DNA of 64,000 bases. Origin: Alphaproteobacteria bacterium. Its GTDB lineage: Bacteria > Pseudomonadota > Alphaproteobacteria > MPNO01 > UBA830. Shown here in pieces: positions 61,705 through 64,000 of the stretch (its first letter is position 1; each line of letters opens with the position of its first letter). The stretch lies in the NCBI GenBank assembly GCA_964291215.2, contig OZ219791.1, positions 1,539,200 to 1,603,199 on the forward strand, in the 5' to 3' direction. The notes beneath the pieces were generated by a model that ran no database searches, was not told the origin of the DNA, and worked only from the letters and a program-made list of their open reading frames with translations. The position numbers and the translations under genes are program-made.

Positions 61705-61730
61705 CCGGCGGCGGGTTACCCCGCCGCCGG
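61705..61730 (-). terminator. GC-rich intercistronic hairpin after tctC
   Basis: On the minus strand, CCGGCGGCGGG-GTAA-CCCGCCGCCGG: a perfect 11-bp stem with a 4-nt loop. It begins 12 nt after the tctC stop. Confidence 0.5.
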
Positions 61731-61741
61731 CCGATGGAACG

Positions 61742-62824
61742 CTAGAACTTGACGTTGTACTTCGTCGTCAGCCAATCGCGCACCCAGGCCTTTGCTGCCG
61801 GGGGCACGTGGGTCGCCGACTTGTAGCGGACCTCGGCCTCCGCCCCGGTGACCTGGGCGTACTTGCCGATCTTCTTGTCCTTGGTGCCGACATATTCGGG
61901 ATCCGCGAACATGCGCTTGAACGCGTCCTGATAAGCTTTGACCATGTCCGTTGGCGTTTCCTTCGGGACGACCATGAACTTCTGCGCCGGGAAGCCGGCG
62001 ATGAAGAAGGCCTTCCAGGCCTCGAAAGCAGGTCCGGATGGCTTCTTGCCCTTCACCTGCTCATACACCTCGGCGAAGTGCGGGAGATCGGGGAAGGTCG
62101 GATCACGGATGAGGTTGCCGTCGGCATCAAGGAAGCCCCAACTCATGATCGGAGCGGCGTTGCCCTCCTTGACCAGGGGCGTGACCTTGGACAGGTAGGC
62201 GGCCGATGTTTGGTAGTCGATCTGGGTCTCGCCCGTCATGAAGGCCTTGCGGCCTGCCGACCGGCCCTTCATCCCGAAGACCGCCTTCACGTTCAGGCCC
62301 AGCATCTCGAAGGCGAGAAGCGGCACCAGATCAAGCGAGGTCGCGCCCTGGGAGCCGTATTTGAGCGCCGGGTTCTTCTTCGCCAGATCGGCCGCCGACT
62401 TCGCGCCGAGTTTCGGGCTGATATAGACGACGCCGCCGGTCGCGTAGGCGAGAAGCGGACGCCACTTCGCGTAGTCGTACTTCACGCGCCTGTCCCCAAG
62501 GAGAAACGGAAACTGTGTCGAGCCGGAGGTGCCGAACAGTTCGAGCCCGTTGGCGCGCGCGCGAGACGCGTAGAGATTGGCGCCCTTCGTGGATCCGCCG
62601 CCGGGGACGAACTTGAGCTGGATGGTGGCCCCGATCTGCTTTTCGAGGAGCGGCGCGACGTAGCGCGCCCAGCGCCCGGACCCGCCGCCTTCTTTGAACG
62701 GGATCATCCACGAGATGGTCTTGCCCTTGAGGTCGGCAGCGACCGCGGGTGCGGCCGGCAGGGCCAGCCCGGCCGCTGCCGTGATAGCAAGACCGGAGAG
62801 CGTTCCCTTGATCAGATGTTTCAT
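61742..62824 (-). CDS. tctC: tripartite tricarboxylate transporter substrate-binding protein (TctC/Bug family)
   Basis: 360 aa from MKHLIKGTLSGLAITAAAGLALPAAPAVAA (signal peptide), with AAGGAAAG upstream. Bug-family length, adjacent to tctA. Confidence 0.85.
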   Translation of the reverse strand: MKHLIKGTLSGLAITAAAGLALPAAPAVAADLKGKTISWMIPFKEGGGSGRWARYVAPLLEKQIGATIQLKFVPGGGSTKGANLYASRARANGLELFGTSGSTQFPFLLGDRRVKYDYAKWRPLLAYATGGVVYISPKLGAKSAADLAKKNPALKYGSQGATSLDLVPLLAFEMLGLNVKAVFGMKGRSAGRKAFMTGETQIDYQTSAAYLSKVTPLVKEGNAAPIMSWGFLDADGNLIRDPTFPDLPHFAEVYEQVKGKKPSGPAFEAWKAFFIAGFPAQKFMVVPKETPTDMVKAYQDAFKRMFADPEYVGTKDKKIGKYAQVTGAEAEVRYKSATHVPPAAKAWVRDWLTTKYNVKF

Positions 62825-63250
62825 TTGGCTTCTTTCCTTTTCGGGAATCGTCATTACACGATGGCGTTATATAGGAAGCGCCGCGCCGCGGCCACAACTG
62901 GATCTTTTCGCGGAGCATCGCCGCGCAACTGCCCGGAACCGCCAAGAAAACGGCCAAGCGCGAACCGGTCTCGGATACGCAGTGTATCAAATGCAAGATC
63001 CCGGGCGCATGCCGGAAGTAGCTGGCAGAGGCAGATCCTGAGTGTGCGGAACAGGCGCCATCGATCGATAACCGGTCGTCAATGTCCTTGTCGATGCCGG
63101 GAAGATGTCCGCGGCTTCGACGGGCAGGATTCGGGCAGTCGGTGGCGTCCCGGGAACTCGGTGCGGAACACCAGCCGGCTGTTTCCGGAACAGCCGCTAC
63201 CCGCCGGAAAAGTGCAACCCGGCTCCGCAATGGTGTATGTCTGTACGCCT

Positions 63251-63263
63251 CCCCCCCCCCCCC
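63251..63263. repeat. C13 homopolymer tract in a divergent intergenic region
   Basis: Thirteen consecutive C residues counted directly. The tract lies 426 bp from the tctC start and 135 bp upstream of the ligase start. Confidence 0.9.
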
Positions 63264-63398
63264 GAACGTCGGGCGGGGGCTTTCGAAGGGCGGTATCGGC
63301 AATGGAGCGCGGCAAGCCATGATGACGGTTTCTGGTCCGAACGCGGTTTTGCGGACCTCCATCCATCGCCCGTGCACCTCGCGTCGGCAGCAGCCGGC

Positions 63399-64000
63399 AT
63401 GACGTCTCTGCCGCAACTCGACATCGCGTTCCGTACGCTCGGCGCGGCGTTCGAGGATTTCGCGGCGCGCCACCCGCACAAGCTCGCAATACACTCAATC
63501 GACCAGGACATCTCCCTGGATTTCGCGGCCCTCGACGAGTTCGTCGAACGCACCGCCGCAAGAATGGTCGAGTTCGGCATCTCGCGGGGCAGCCGCGTCG
63601 CAATCCTGTCGGGCGAATGCGTGGAAAAGCTCATCCTCATGTTCGCGGCGTGGCGCTGCGGCGCGTCCGCGTGCCCGTTTCACACGGAAATCCCGGCTGG
63701 CCATCTCGGTTCCATTCTTGCGGCCATCGAGCCGTCCCTCGTCGTCTGGCATTGCGACCTGGACGGCCCTGCAATCCTCGGCGGCCTCTCTTGCCCGCAG
63801 GTGTCTTTCAGTCGCATCGGCGAATGCGAAGGGTTTCTCGCACGGCCGGGAACCGGTCCGCTGCCGCAACGGGGTGAAGAGTACGGTCCCACGGACGAGG
63901 GATGCATCTTCGCGACCTCGGGCACGACCGACCGGCCCAAATGCGTGGTCTGGGATCACCTGGGGCTCTGGATGTGCGGGCTGTCGACCATCGACTTCAC
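63399..64000 (+). CDS. AMP-dependent synthetase/ligase (acyl-CoA synthetase family), 5-prime partial at the window edge
   Basis: Hand-translated as MTSLPQLDIAFRTLGAAFEDFAARHPHKLAIHS...IFATSGTTDRPKCVVW (AMP-binding TSGTTxxPK motif). The frame stays open to the end of the window, so it is absent from the ORF track. Confidence 0.8.
   Translation, partial: MTSLPQLDIAFRTLGAAFEDFAARHPHKLAIHSIDQDISLDFAALDEFVERTAARMVEFGISRGSRVAILSGECVEKLILMFAAWRCGASACPFHTEIPAGHLGSILAAIEPSLVVWHCDLDGPAILGGLSCPQVSFSRIGECEGFLARPGTGPLPQRGEEYGPTDEGCIFATSGTTDRPKCVVWDHLGLWMCGLSTIDF

Overview
High-GC alphaproteobacterial chromosome segment (Rhizobiales-like gene content and order), mostly core metabolism and transport. Reading left to right, I can support the following. 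argG and rlmN. An EamA transporter, an MFS transporter and an IalB-like protein. An aa3-type cytochrome c oxidase cluster, ctaC-ctaD-ctaB-(unlisted 43-codon ORF)-ctaG-ctaE. rimI/tsaB with a GTGA overlap. A polysaccharide deacetylase, a Bax-like glucosaminidase, DsbA, Usp, a TIGR02186-like protein plus a TauE/SafE exporter, trpS, a COG0523 GTPase and a Kv-type K+ channel. A four-gene amidohydrolase/UbiD/LLM/D-aminoacylase-like operon directly downstream of pntAB. A CMD-family protein and aapJQMP. A split ThDP decarboxylase pair divergent from a SorAB-like sulfite dehydrogenase, which is followed by an orphan CoxL-like Mo subunit, an OCD-family enzyme and an orphan NTF2/dioxygenase-beta-like protein. 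TRAP dctPQM, rpmG (unlisted in the ORF track), rnr, topA, a TTT transporter (tctC plus a tctA-tctB-like fusion), and the 5-prime end of an AMP-dependent ligase. I saw no rRNA, tRNA or CRISPR array. I found no complete defence or toxin system. The structure not explained by ordinary genes is mobile-DNA archaeology, in two parts. (1) At 12.3-15.0 kb there is an IS graveyard. A perfectly palindromic MITE, whose arms look like the left end of an IS256-family element, is split at its central CTAG by a decayed IS630. (2) A family of roughly 200-bp MITEs has three full copies, each bounded by a 9-bp target duplication, plus one degenerate copy. They share termini with a 3.06-kb ISAs1-like element at 56.6-59.7 kb. 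That element has a perfect 9-bp duplication, carries a DUF4338 (DruA-like) gene and is pierced by an IS110 remnant. All three full MITE copies sit 89-183 bp upstream of genes for periplasmic proteins (aapJ, sorA-like, dctP). All family names rest on motifs recognised by eye and need HMM/BLAST confirmation.
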